Source of the DNA: Octopus bimaculoides
Taxonomy: Eukaryota
Assembly: GCF_001194135.2 (NCBI RefSeq)
Contig: NC_068983.1
Coordinates: 42,394,879-42,458,878 of the forward strand
Direction of reading: 5' to 3'
Length of the DNA stretch: 64,000 nt
The position numbers and the translations under genes are program-made. Each line of letters opens with the position of its first letter. Position 1 is the stretch's first letter. The notes beneath the pieces were generated by a model. The model ran no database searches. It was not told where the DNA came from and worked only from the letters and a program-made list of their open reading frames with translations. Of this stretch, positions 1 to 11,969 are shown one piece after another.

Positions 1-364
1 GTGGGATGTGCAGGGATGGGGTGGGGTGGTGAGATGTGTAGGGGTGGGGCAGGGATGGAGGGCGTATCGATAAAGGGAGAAGGTGGGTAGGAGTGAAGAG
101 AGGAAGTAGGTATGAGATGAAGAGAGGTAAGGAGGGGAGTCATATGAAGAGGGGAGGAGAGTTGTAAAATATAAGGATAAAATCTGTATAAGGTTCTATC
201 GAGTAGCCAGCGATGTAAACCAATTAAGGAAAAAATTAATACAAGGTATCTCATTTTTCACTTTATATATAAAAAATACATTATAATATCAAGGGCTATT
301 TAGAGTTCCAATAAAACGCGTGGCTTTTATGCACAGTAATAGCCCCTGATATTATTATTATTAC

Positions 365-397
<33 letters not shown>

Positions 398-940
398 CAT
401 CATCATCATCATCATTGTCATTATTATTATTATATAAAATCAAAGGTGCAGAAATGGCGTACTCCGAATGAATAATGTGAGGTAATCCAATGGCAGAAAG
501 AATTCCACGAATTATTTACTCCAAACCAGTCGGAAGGACGGGAGGGGGGGCGTGTGAGCGTGCAGTAATTAGTTAATATATATATATAATTAAGACTCGG
601 TTGGATTAGATACTTAAATTGAGACACCTTGTTAGGTCGATCTAATTTGCACACCCACACAATATCAGGTGAATATCTAACTCTGTGTAGAAGTGTTTGC
701 ACTTGATATTCTTGCAGTGTACGCAGATAGCACGACCCAACTTAGTGAAGATATCCGCTCCTTGGTTGTTCAGATATGTACTTAATATAAAAATACAAAA
801 ATACTTTCTATAAAATTTCCGAAATGCAGATTCAAAGGTAGGTGAATAAAATATAAATGAGTAAGGAAGATGTACAGGTGTCAATTCCCATGAAACGGCC
901 GTAATGAATTGACACCTGTACATTTTTGTTATTCATTTAT

Positions 941-983
<43 letters not shown>

Positions 984-2519
984 GCCGGGCTTCTTTCAGT
1001 TTCCGTCTACCAAATCCACTTACAAGGCTTTGGTCGGCCCGAAGCTATAGAAGACACTGAACCTGCTAACTTAACTTCAACATTTATCGTTTGATGCCAA
1101 AATTTTCGTCACACCAACAGCAACCTGGTCACTGTTCTACTACATCTGGTTTGTGGAGAGGTTGTTGATCACCTTCTATAGCAACTATGAGCAAACTGCA
1201 CCCCGTAAATTTTGCTAAGCCATTTGAATTATTTCACTAGATTTTCCAAAAATGTAGTTTTGCATGCGAGCAACGAAAATCAAATTTGTTTCTTTTTTCA
1301 CCCCTTTAGAAATTAATAACAAATTACATCAATGGAGAAAATTTTTAAAAACATCTGGTGAAAAATTGAAATACTTCAAGTGGCTGGAAGAAGATTCCGG
1401 CCCTTTGGACTTTCTGAATGGCACACCAAACAAAAAATTACTTTGTATTTTTTAGTAGTGCAGCCAAACTTACAATGGGCCATATATCATGCGACCCGTT
1501 TCTCGAAAACAATTGCTTACGACTGCTATAAGCGTTTCAGGGTTATAAATATAATCTTATCTATATAGGTTGTTCGTTCTGGTTGCCATTGCCTGGTGCT
1601 TTATGGTCAGTGAAGATGGTATTAAGTTGTAATTCACAGGCTGTCTCTTTTCTCTTTCTTTGAGTGGAGTCCTTTAGCATTTCTAAATGGTTCTCATAAA
1701 ACGGTAAAGTGGCTGTCATGTGTTGCTACGAGTTGCGTTAAATAAGATCCTCGCCCATCAAGAACGGAATCTCTCAGCAAACGAGAGGGTTCACTAAGGC
1801 CTTTGAGGCTGAGAAGGGAAAAGAGCGGGGTTAGATGCCATTAAATATCCTAATAGCATTTAACGCCGCTTGTAGGGGAATTTCGCCCACTCCCCCTCAA
1901 CCACTACTCTGCTAACCCTATCCATTCCCATCACTAGAATCTCTACAATAACAATTACCAACCAATTTCCCATCCTGATCCATCTGGGCCAAATCAGTAA
2001 TTCCGTTGACCACATTTTCTTCAATATTTAAAACAAAAAAGGCAGCGAGCTGGCAGAAACGTTAGCACTCCAGGCGAAATACATAGCGGTATCTCGTCTG
2101 CCTTTACGTTCTGAGTTCAAATTCCGCTGAGGTCGACTTTGCCTTTCATCCTTTCGAGATCGACAAATTAAGTACAGGGTTCGATCTAATCGACTGGTCC
2201 CCAGCCCCCAAACTTCGGGCCTTGTACCTAGAGTAGAAAAGAATGTATAGAATAAAAAAAGCAAACAGTTTTATGGAATATTAATAAAAAAAGTAACATT
2301 TGATACTTTATCTATCTTTTATCTTTTACTTGTTTCAGTCATTGCACTGCGGCCATGTTGGAGCACCGTCCTGCAGTGTTTTAGTAGAGCAGATCAGCTG
2401 TAGTACTTTTTTTAAAGTTTAGTATTTTTACCAACTGCCACTTTTGCCGACGCTACGTTACGGGGACGTAAACAAACGAACACATGTTATCAACCGAGCA
2501 GAAACATAGGTATAATCGC

Positions 2520-2551
<32 letters not shown>

Positions 2552-2749
2552 ACATACATACATACATATACATATATACATGCATGTGTGTGTATGTATG
2601 TATGTATGTATGCATTTATGTATGTATGCATGCATGCATGCATGCATGTATGTATATATCGTTGAAATTTACAGAAAAACAAAAGACGAAGACATGTGTA
2701 TGAACAGCAAGAAAGTGTATTTATTTGACGCTCGGGAAAATGAAAAAGT

Positions 2750-2785
2750 CTTTTACGTTTCGAGCTTACGCTCTTTAACAGAAAG
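2750..2785 (-). ncRNA. Degenerate minimal hammerhead motif
   Basis: CTTT-CTGTTAAA-GAGC-gtaa-GCTC-GAAA-CG-TA-AAAG; GNRA-capped stem II and ACGT stem III, but two core substitutions. Confidence 0.45.
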
Positions 2786-2828
2786 GAATACGAGAAAATA
2801 AGATCCTCGCCCATCAAGGGCGGAGTCG

Positions 2829-3190
2829 ACAGGTGTTCAAAAAGTATCCGATCTTTGGGCATAAAAAAAGTGCAGTTTTGTACATTTCACAAATTTTATT
2901 CAACCCTCTTCAAAATACTGCCCATCGGAATCCACACACTTTTCCTGGCGGTTCTGCCATTGCTGGTAACATCTCTGGAATGCTACGGGACGCAGCCGTC
3001 GGTTTTCTCATAATTTCCTCTCGTGATTCCAATCATTTCCCCTTCAGCGTAGTATTCAGTTTGCGGAAGGGCAAGAAGTCACACAGTACCAAGTCGGGAA
3101 AATAGGGAGCCTGTCAAATAAGTGGTGTGCTGTTTTTGGCCAGGAAAGCTTGGATTACAGTGTTTGTACAAAAACTATCCCACTTTAGTC
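2829..3190 (-). mobile_element. Mariner transposon relic, DDD-domain C-terminal part plus TIR
   Basis: Frameshifted translation AFLAKNSTPLI*QAPYFPDLVLCDF..LKGK*LESREEIMRK..FQRCYQQWQNR..KCVDSDGQYFEEG* (YSPDLAPCDF-like motif); TIR-like CAGGTGTTCAAAAAGTATCCG. Confidence 0.85.
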
Positions 3191-3199
3191 TTTTTCGCC

Positions 3200-3341
3200 G
3201 ACATATATACACGCATACATATATATACACATACATATATACGCATATACACACACACACATATATATATGCATACATATAAATACATATATGCATACAC
3301 ACACACACGCACATATATGTATATATATATATATGTGTGTA

Positions 3342-3385
<44 letters not shown>

Positions 3386-3437
3386 TATATACAAATAAAT
3401 ATATGCATACATACACATGCACATATATGTATATATA

Positions 3438-3510
<73 letters not shown>

Positions 3511-3590
3511 TCTTTTACTTGTTCGAACCATTTTGACTGCGGCCATATATATATATAAGTATGTATGTATGTATACGTACATTTATGTAT
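3200..3590. repeat. Compound (AT)n/(AC)n microsatellite (similar tracts at 946-982, 2518-2658, 34685-34723, 44227-44490, 48087-48323, 60360-60428, 62870-63290; (AAT)n at 16477-16550)
   Basis: Direct inspection; source of the poly-YI/HT/ER pseudo-ORFs. Confidence 0.95.
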
Positions 3591-3636
3591 AACAGCCTGC
3601 ATATATTCTAAACACTTTGTATGTTTCACAGCCAAA

Positions 3637-4648
3637 ACAAGGTGGCATCAAAATGTACCTGGACTAGTTCTGTAGTGCGCCAACAGATGGCGGCACACGG
3701 TTGCATGTGCAGTGAGAGCTGGCAGAGACCTTCATGAAGCAGTGTGCCGAGTGACAGCGCTGTGTTTACTTCGCAAGTTGTGAAATTTGTGTTTTGGGGA
3801 TCACGTAGTCTGCGATTTTTTCATGGACAGGAACAAAGAGCTAATATGAAATTTTGCGTTAAACTTGGGAAGTCTGCTACAGAAACATTGAGCAAGCTTT
3901 GGCAAGCTTACGGTGATGAGGCAGTGGGTCATATGCAATGTTTTGAGTGGGGCAGGCGCTTCAAAAGCGATAGAACGTCTCTGGAAGACGATGAGCGATC
4001 TGGAAGACTTACAACGAGCGTCAACCCCGGAAATGTGATANNNNNNNNNNNNNNNNNNNNNNNNNNNNNNNNNNNNNNNNNNNNNNNNNNNNNNNNNNNN
4101 NNNNNNNNNNNNNNNNNNNNNNNNNNNNNNNNNNNNNNNNNNNNNNNNNNNNNNNNNNNNNNNNNNNNNNNNNNNNNNNNNNNNNNNNNNNNNNNNNNNN
4201 NNNNNNNNNNNNNNNNNNNNNNNNNNNNNNNNNNNNNNNNNNNNNNNNNNNNNNNNNNNNNNNNNNNNNNNNNNNNNNNNNNNNNNNNNNNNNNNNNNNN
4301 NNNNNNNNNNNNNNNNNNNNNNNNNNNNNNNNNNNNNNNNNNNNNNNNNNNNNNNNNNNNNNNNNNNNNNNNNNNNNNNNNNNNNNNNNNNNNNNNNNNN
4401 NNNNNNNNNNNNNNNNNNNNNNNNNNNNNNNNNNNNNNNNNNNNNNNNNNNNNNNNNNNNNNNNNNNNNNNNNNNNNNNNNNNNNNNNNNNNNNNNNNNN
4501 NNNNNNNNNNNNNNNNNNGGAACGCTGGGACCGGTGTATTGCTGTGTAAGGTGACTATTTCGAAGGAGATGATGTTAAAACTTAGGTAAATAAGTTTTTT
4601 TTTTTAGTAAACATAACTTGTCTAGGAACCATTTGATACTATTTTATA
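3637..4648 (+). mobile_element. Mariner transposon relic (HTH N-terminus, assembly gap, C-terminus, degenerate TIRs)
   Basis: EQRANMKFCVKLGKSATETL..AYGDEA..FEWGRRFK..SLEDDERSGR before the gap and ERWDRCIAV*GDYFEG after it; 3637-3667 and 4617-4647 match at 21 of 31 positions as inverted repeats. Confidence 0.88.
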
Positions 4649-4935
4649 CATATTTCCTATACGATGTTTTGCAGGTAATTTATATTCTACAGACTGTGCG
4701 TAACTTCACATAAATTTATGTTAATGTATACAAGTTAGAAATCAATATTTAAGAAATATTTCTATGACCGACAGCCAAATGTTATCTTCATTAAATATGT
4801 CAGTTTGTCTCTACCGTATTAATTTAACAAATTTGACATTTGAATTTAAAGTTCAAATGATTGCAGTAAATATAAATTACTATTTTCTCTCCATCAATAC
4901 AAGAGAGAAACTTTATATATATATATATATATATA

Positions 4936-5108
4936 CAGGGTTATTCAAAAAGAATGAACCGATTTCATTACACAGTATTTTGATAAGGAATAGCAATAGA
5001 AAACTCCAGCTAAGTCACACGTATCTACTTACAATCAATTTTTATTTCCTGTCTTACAAGTGTTCAATGTGGCCACCACCTGCAGCACGGGCAACATCAA
5101 TGCGATAA
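4936..5108 (-). mobile_element. 3' end of a Tc1/mariner element, probably DD41D/rosa (DUF4817) type
   Basis: Minus-strand SYRIDVARAAGGGHIEHL* followed by the TIR TA|CAGGGTTATTCAAAAAGAATGAACCGATTT inserted in a TA run; family assignment from recalled C-terminal ...GGHIEHL motif. Confidence 0.7.
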
Positions 5109-5212
5109 GAGATATCCTTCCTTCCTACTGGAGCTGATCTAATCGACTGGTCCCTTCCCCCAAAATTTCGGGCCTTGTGCTTAGAGGAGAAAAGAATATT
5201 TTTATCTTTTAA

Positions 5213-5426
5213 GGCGGCGAGCTGGCAGAAATGTTAGCACACCGGGCGAAATGCTTAGCGGTATTTCCTCTGTCTTTACGTTCTGAGTTCAAATTCCGCC
5301 GAGGTCGACTTTGCTTTCGTCATTTCGGGGTCTATAAATTAAGTACCAGTTGTGTACTGGGGTCGATCTAATCGACTGGCCCTCTCCTCCCAAATTTCGG
5401 GCCTTGTGCCTAGAGTAGAAAAGAAT
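5213..5426 (+). mobile_element. tRNA-derived SINE family B (other copies 2041-2252, 16005-16215, 16260-16470, 27280-27485, 28825-28990, 29683-29872, 49684-49950)
   Basis: GGCGGCGAGCTGGCAGAA head, GAGTTCAAATTCC B box, GACTTTGCCTTTCATCC core; this copy is flanked by a 14-bp direct repeat ATTTTTATCTTTTA (TSD). Confidence 0.85.
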
Positions 5427-7800
5427 ATTTTTATCTTTTACTTGTTTCAGTCTTTAGACTAAAGCCATGCTGGGGCACCGCCTTGAAGAATTTTTAGTCG
5501 AACANNNNNNNNNNNNNNNNNNNNNNNNNNNNNNNNNNNNNNNNNNNNNNNNNNNNNNNNNNNNNNNNNNNNNNNNNNNNNNNNNNNNNNNNNNNNNNNN
5601 NNNNNNNNNNNNNNNNNNNNNNNNNNNNNNNNNNNNNNNNNNNNNNNNNNNNNNNNNNNNNNNNNNNNNNNNNNNNNNNNNNNNNNNNNNNNNNNNNNNN
5701 NNNNNNNNNNNNNNNNNNNNNNNNNNNNNNNNNNNNNNNNNNNNNNNNNNNNNNNNNNNNNNNNNNNNNNNNNNNNNNNNNNNNNNNNNNNNNNNNNNNN
5801 NNNNNNNNNNNNNNNNNNNNNNNNNNNNNNNNNNNNNNNNNNNNNNNNNNNNNNNNNNNNNNNNNNNNNNNNNNNNNNNNNNNNNNNNNNNNNNNNNNNN
5901 NNNNNNNNNNNNNNNNNNNNNNNNNNNNNNNNNNNNNNNNNNNNNNNNNNNNNNNNNNNNNNNNNNNNNNNNNNNNNNNNNNNNNNNNNNNNNNNNNNNN
6001 NNNNNNNNNNNNNNNNNNNNNNNNNNNNNNNNNNNNNNNNNNNNNNNNNNNNNNNNNNNNNNNNNNNNNNNNNNNNNNNNNNNNNNNNNNNNNNNNNNNN
6101 NNNNNNNNNNNNNNNNNNNNNNNNNNNNNNNNNNNNNNNNNNNNNNNNNNNNNNNNNNNNNNNNCCCCCCCCCCCACACACACACACGCCGCTTGAACAC
6201 AGGTGTTGGTGTATTTACGTCCCGGTAACTTAGCGGTTCGGCAAAAGAAACCCGATAGAATAAGTGTATGCCTAAAATAAGTATTGGGGTTGGTTCATTC
6301 GAATAATGAAGGCGGTGCCTCAGTATGGCCCCACAGTTTAATGACTGAAACAAGTTTAAAATAGTTACAATATAAGAAACAAAATAACGAAAACAAAGAA
6401 TTATTTTTTTTAAAAACAAAATTTTATTCATACAATCTGAATATGAAATTTGGACCGAAGCCCAAAAGTATCTACATATCTTGATGATTTCTATATTTTA
6501 TACAAAAAGAAAGTTCTGCGTTTCTATATGGATGAAAGTTAGTAGAGAATTTTAGCGTCCCGAAACAGGCTACAGATTAAGAAAGAAAGAAAATTACTAA
6601 GTTGACCAATCATTGAATACGGTTTCTTCGTTTCTATACTTAACAAATTATGGACATCTAGTTCATTCATTGATTTTTTTAATATTTTTAATTATATTTC
6701 AAGAAAAATGTTCTAAGATCTGAGTAAAATGAAGGTTTCAAAATTGGCATAATTTAGAATGCATCTTTGAGGAAAAAAAATTATTACAATACAGTGTTTA
6801 TAAGAGGCTGAGAGAGAGAGAGAGAGAAAGAAAGAAAGATTTTAGAGATGAAACTTCGATTTTCTTTATAGATTCACATAAAACTATTTCATATTCAATT
6901 CTTGTTCAAGACTGATATCATTATACCTCTAACGTAACGCTTTTAAGATGTAAACCTGCCGTGTTTAAAGAAAAAAAAATACTTCTTAGAACTACTATTG
7001 TTATCAATTAAATCAAAACCACCCCCAAAACAAATTTTGAATAAAGAATCCATATTTCTAATGTTAATTATTAGAAATATTAATTATGTTGTCTAAAGTC
7101 ATTTGACANNNNNNNNNNGAGTCAACAGATAAGAAGCACTGGAAAGAAATTTAATATTTCTTTTTCCCAAAATTGTTAAATATCACAAGGAGCCTTACCC
7201 ACAATCTGAAGGGGAGAGAGGGGAAGATTCTTCTACTCATTAAGGTACAATACCCTAGAATAATATAACACTCGTTTGAAACTTAGGAAAAATGTCAGAG
7301 ATTCTTAAAGGAGGGAACTATCAAATGAACCCCAGTGTATAACTGGTATTTTACTTTATCAATCATAGAAATGTCAATGACGAAGTCAGCTCAACAGGAT
7401 CCAAACGCAGAACGTAGAGACATACCTAAACACAAGATATTTTGTTTGTTGCTCTCCCGATTCTGTCGTGTACCATATCTTGATTTGATCCTTATTATAT
7501 TTGTACTTCTCCAACGTCCCTCCCCCAGCCCCTATCCCCAATGAAAAATAGGAACAATGTCATAAAAAAAAATTATCAAATTTTAATTTTTACGATTCAT
7601 TGAGCAGTAAAAAGAATTCGAACTGTATGACCAAATCTGAATTTTACCAATTATTTTCTAGATTATTCTCTCTAAAACACTACTATAGAGGTAAAGAATA
7701 TATATTTGCAAGAGTGTATATGTATGTACGTGTGTTCAATATAAAAATATTAGCGACAGAAGCAGTTTTAATACCAAAAGGCAATATTTATGCCACTTAG

Positions 7801-8035
7801 AAGTGAATGTGACATTAAAACACGGAATGCTGCGTTATTTGCCACGCTTCGGGCGTCTACCATTGACGAGGCCAAAGAAGGCCGAAATCACGTGATATGG
7901 TAGTCCCAGTGGCGATGGCAGAGCATTACCTCCCGCTAGCTATATAAACACCAGTGCTTATATGCACAAGTCCATATGAAACGTTTTCTCTTGGTAAATA
8001 ACGCAGAATCCAGTGTTCTAACACAACATCCACTT
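7801..8035. mobile_element. Fold-back element with imperfect terminal inverted repeats enclosing a single HHR
   Basis: AACACGGAATGCTGCGTTATTTGCCA (7819-7844) versus TGGTAAATAACGCAGAATCCAGTGTT (7992-8017), plus outer AAGTGAATGT/ACATCCACTT. Confidence 0.6.
7857..7903 (+). ncRNA. Minimal type I hammerhead ribozyme motif (U3 core variant)
   Basis: CTACCA-TTGACGA-GGCC-aaagaa-GGCC-GAAA-TCACGTGA-TA-TGGTAG: 6-bp stem I, 4-bp stem II, palindromic stem III ATCACGTGAT, AUA cleavage triplet (after 7897). Confidence 0.8.
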
Positions 8036-9445
8036 TTAAGTGGGGATAAATACACACACACACACACATCACATGGTTCACGAAGCAAATATTTGTTAGT
8101 AGGCCCTCATCAAAACAGTTTAGAAGAAGAATTAAGTACAAACGATTAGCTATTATGTACTTGAGTTCCTCAGCAAAAATTTGTGTAGAGAGGGGATAGA
8201 AATACTCGTTAAAAACCCGTAATATTGTATCTCAGACTAAGATAAAGTTTAGAACTTAAAAAATAAAGAATAACCCCGTTATTTTCTAGTGTGATGAGTG
8301 TTGTAACATAATAATAATAATTAGTTTGAAGCCAATCAGATAAAAGCCACTCGTTGCCGTACATGGTCGTTATTCACACAAACAACATAATAGCATTATA
8401 TATCGAGATGGTAAAAAAAATATAGAAGATAGAGGTGATTAGTAAGTGCTCGAAGGTTAGAGATAGACTTAATTACTTCAGGTCTTCGATGAAAATGAAA
8501 GAGCATAAGCCCTTCCTATAACAAGCTGAATAAGATTTTAAGATTTAAGATGTTTTTATACTTAGAAGAGTTTTTGGGGTGAAAAACAAAAAAAGAATAA
8601 ATCCCATATAATTTGGAATATTCTGAATAATAGAAAATATTTTATGTTTAGAGCAGAAAATCTTAACTCAAATTCCCATCACAATTGTTTAGCTGTAATT
8701 AACGTTAGGGGTGCTAGTAGATACCGAATACCACGTGAGTACTGTCTCGACTCCATGGGGTGTGACTGAGATTATAGCATTCCTCTAGTCCGTTGCAGGT
8801 AACTCACAATTGAGTGGACTGGAGCAACGTGAAATGAAGTGTTTTGCTCAAGAACACAACGTACTGCCAGACTAGGGACTCGAACCCACAAACTTCCGAT
8901 CGCGAGTACAACACCCTTACAACTAGACTAAACACCTTCACATGGATATGCAATAACGTTGCAAGTCGTATGGACAGCAGGGTAGGATTTAAAAAAACCC
9001 AATTAGATCCGTATTGAAAGTTTTGTTTATTTCTTTTAATTATTTAACTGAAGGGATCACATACCGTAATCTAAATATCATTATAAAATGAAATAGTAAC
9101 TGATACGCAAGTTATAAATTTTTTTAAATAGCACAGATTCAGAACCTGCAGTGCCAAATCGTTATCTACAGGTTTCCATCAGATTTAAGTCAGTGTTGAG
9201 CTCTGGACTGCACAATTAAACTAAGCGAATGATCTAGAGATCAGTACAGGTTTAGAGAACCTGATGAAAATCATAGAATAATAGTTCAAAACTAGCTGCA
9301 AGTAGTTGATGCCCTGATATATACCATGTGCATATGAATGCTTCCATTTCATTTTTAATGCTAAACTTTCCATCATTCTCTCTCTCTCTATATATATATA
9401 TATAAACACAGATAGACAGTAAGTACAAGAATGGCGGTTATGGTT

Positions 9446-9568
9446 TTACATTTATTCCTTAATTATGATCGTTTCAACAATATGTTGTAATATTACAATC
9501 ATATTTATATTCATGATGTACCTGAACCATGTATTACTGAAACGATCGTAATGAAGGAATAAGTGTAA
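9446..9568. repeat. Short fold-back, 31-bp arms
   Basis: TTACATTTATTCCTTAATTATGATCGTTTCA versus TGAAACGATCGTAATGAAGGAATAAGTGTAA (3 substitutions). Confidence 0.65.
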
Positions 9569-9859
9569 TTTCAATTCTAGGACTTGTACAGAAACTCAGC
9601 AACTAATAAATTATCCCTGGAATTTCAGTTTATACGGGTTTTCCTTTAAGAAAAACTGTTTACTTCGTATGCAGTGTTTAAGAATACAGATTGGTCTTCT
9701 GAATCTCCTTTTGTCCAATATATATTTATATATATATATATAATCCAAAAGATGCACTGGAAGGCGCGACTAGTTGCCAAAGTTTTGGGCACGTTAAATA
9801 ATTTCACACTTCACTTATGTTCGGCGAGTTTCAGAAATCCGGATATGTGAGTGTACCAA

Positions 9860-10335
9860 GTCTAATCAGTATTTATGGCTTATATAATGCACACGTGTTT
9901 CAAAAAGCTGCCGATATAATTTACTCGAGTCTAAAGGCTTTGTTACACAAATGCACTGGCACACTTCAGTATTTTTGGCAAAAGTACAACACAAAGAATG
10001 ATGCAGGTCCTTGTATGTACTAGCATGCAAATAAATAGTGAGATTATCATAAAAGGAAGTGAGATGGTAAAAGGGCATGTGAGAATAGAGCAACAGAATG
10101 GAGGCTCTTACTTCCTTTGCCATCGACTCCATTTCTCTTTTGATAACCTGATTACTAATTTGCATACAAGCGAATGTAAAGGCCAGCAAATTTGTGTTGC
10201 ACTTTTACCAATAATACCGACGAAGTGTACTGGCTGCATTTGTTGCAAAACAAGACCTTTAGGCTGGAATAATTTATGGTGACCGGTTTTCTGAAACACG
10301 TATACATTATATAAAACAAATACCAATTATGTTTA
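9860..10335. repeat. Long imperfect fold-back (MITE-like)
   Basis: Mirror blocks TATAATGCACACGTGTTTC / GAAACACGTATACATTATA and GGCAAAAGTACAACACAAA / TTTGTGTTGCACTTTTACC. Confidence 0.65.
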
Positions 10336-11766
10336 GTGTTCCTTTATATAGTTAACTTGTTGCTGTGTGTGTAGAACAGTGAATTTGGAAGCACCTCTTA
10401 TTAAATCAACAAATCCTATCCAATAATCACAGAATTAGAGAATATTTCAGCACATTATTATTGAAATATGTGTACAATGTGTGCGTGTGTTGTAATATGT
10501 GTGTGTATAAGACATTTATACTACACTCAAACATGAGAAATGGAAGGTAGAAACTTTGAATAAAGTATCTAACACCGACTTAAGATTATAGTTGAAATTT
10601 TGAAATAATACACTGAATAGTTGAGAAACTTGCTTAACCTAAACACATGTTCCTATGTACATACAAACCAGTTTTCTTGAAGCATTGCTGGATATATAGA
10701 AAATAGAGTGGTTATAGAAAGAAGCTTTTTGCAATGGCCATATAGTTGGAACATTAAACACCAAATGATAACATTAACAAAGATATTGAAGAGTTACTTT
10801 AGAAATATTTAATTAGAATTGATATTTCAAGTAAAATACTCCTATTCAAAAGGAGATAGTTCTGTTAAATTTGAAAAAGGTAATTTTTGTCCAAAGCATT
10901 AGGACTAACAAAATGTTTTCATATCTTTGATATCACTGATAGTTAATGCTCCAATAACATTGCCAGTCTTCCATAACAGTTCTAAATGTGTGTGTGTTTC
11001 TTGTTTCTTAATAATGTTCATTATAAACACAGTGAATACATGTATTAACATAAAACTAGATATAATTCCAATGAATCTAAGCTTTTATCTTTTATTTTTG
11101 AGGGAGAAATAAAGACCCATAAATAATAACAGTATCATAGCAGGAAACAATGTTTACCAGTAATAAAGAAGGCCAGTCCATAACCCCTGCTTAAAATAAA
11201 ATTGGCCAGTCAACAACTATAGCTCAAACCAAAATAGTCCAAGTCTGAACACCAGTTTGATGTTAACAAGACAATGCACAGTTACTGCATAAGCCAAAAA
11301 AGCAGGATACATTTTTTGTTTATAGAGAAGGAAAAAAAGCAAAAAACAGAAAGATACGAATAGGATGTAAGTTTTTCTAAACAATGTAAGAGCAGGTTGT
11401 AACTTCAGCTAGTAGCAAAAATAGACTGTAGAGCTTGTAATAAGAGAGTTCTGTTAGAAGCTAAACATGATGGGCTGTATAGATTCCTCAAAATAGGACA
11501 AGATATGTCCTACACAAATGTTAATAAAAGAGACATGAAATACTAAAAGTTTAGTGACAGGGGTAACTAAATCAATGCTCAACAGCATTAATAAATATCA
11601 ACTAAACTAGCTTTGTGAATAATGAGCATTCTGAAAGAGTGTTCAGAAATAAAATTCGACTCACATCATAAAAGAAAGTACAAAGATTATATATATATGA
11701 CAAAAAGAGATTACAAAGCCAAGGCTGTGAGGAGTTTTCAGGACATTTGTAGGGAAATAGATATAA

Positions 11767-11814
11767 GTCTTACAGCTGTTTCTGGGATATTATGGATATC
11801 CCTTCATCAGAGAC
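11767..11814 (-). ncRNA. Minimal type I hammerhead ribozyme motif, intact core, sense to AHCYL
   Basis: GTCT-CTGATGA-A-GGGATAT-ccata-ATATCCC-A-GAAA-CAGCTG-TA-AGAC; palindromic stem III ACAGCTGT, GUA triplet. Confidence 0.78.
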
Positions 11815-11969
11815 AATGTGAGAGGGTAAAATAGAGGTAAAAGGGAATATAGAAGGAAATGAGAGAATGAAAGTAGAAATATTTCTACATTTATTCTCTT
11901 ATTTCCCTATCTCCTCTTTTTCCATAATAATTCCTTATTTTGAACTCAAACATTTACCCCACTCACATC

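Noticed and set aside
3-54. G-quadruplex-forming G tracts
   Set aside because: The motif is present, but it is a low-complexity purine-rich tract at the window edge with no functional context.
1560-1800. Possible Penelope GIY-YIG C-terminal fragment on the minus strand (PFYENHLEMLKDSTQRKRKE)
   Set aside because: Similarity is too weak to support without a search.
9257-9303. CTGATGA...AAAACTAGCTGCA, possible HHR
   Set aside because: GAAA and the triplet are mutated, and stems I and II are not convincingly paired.
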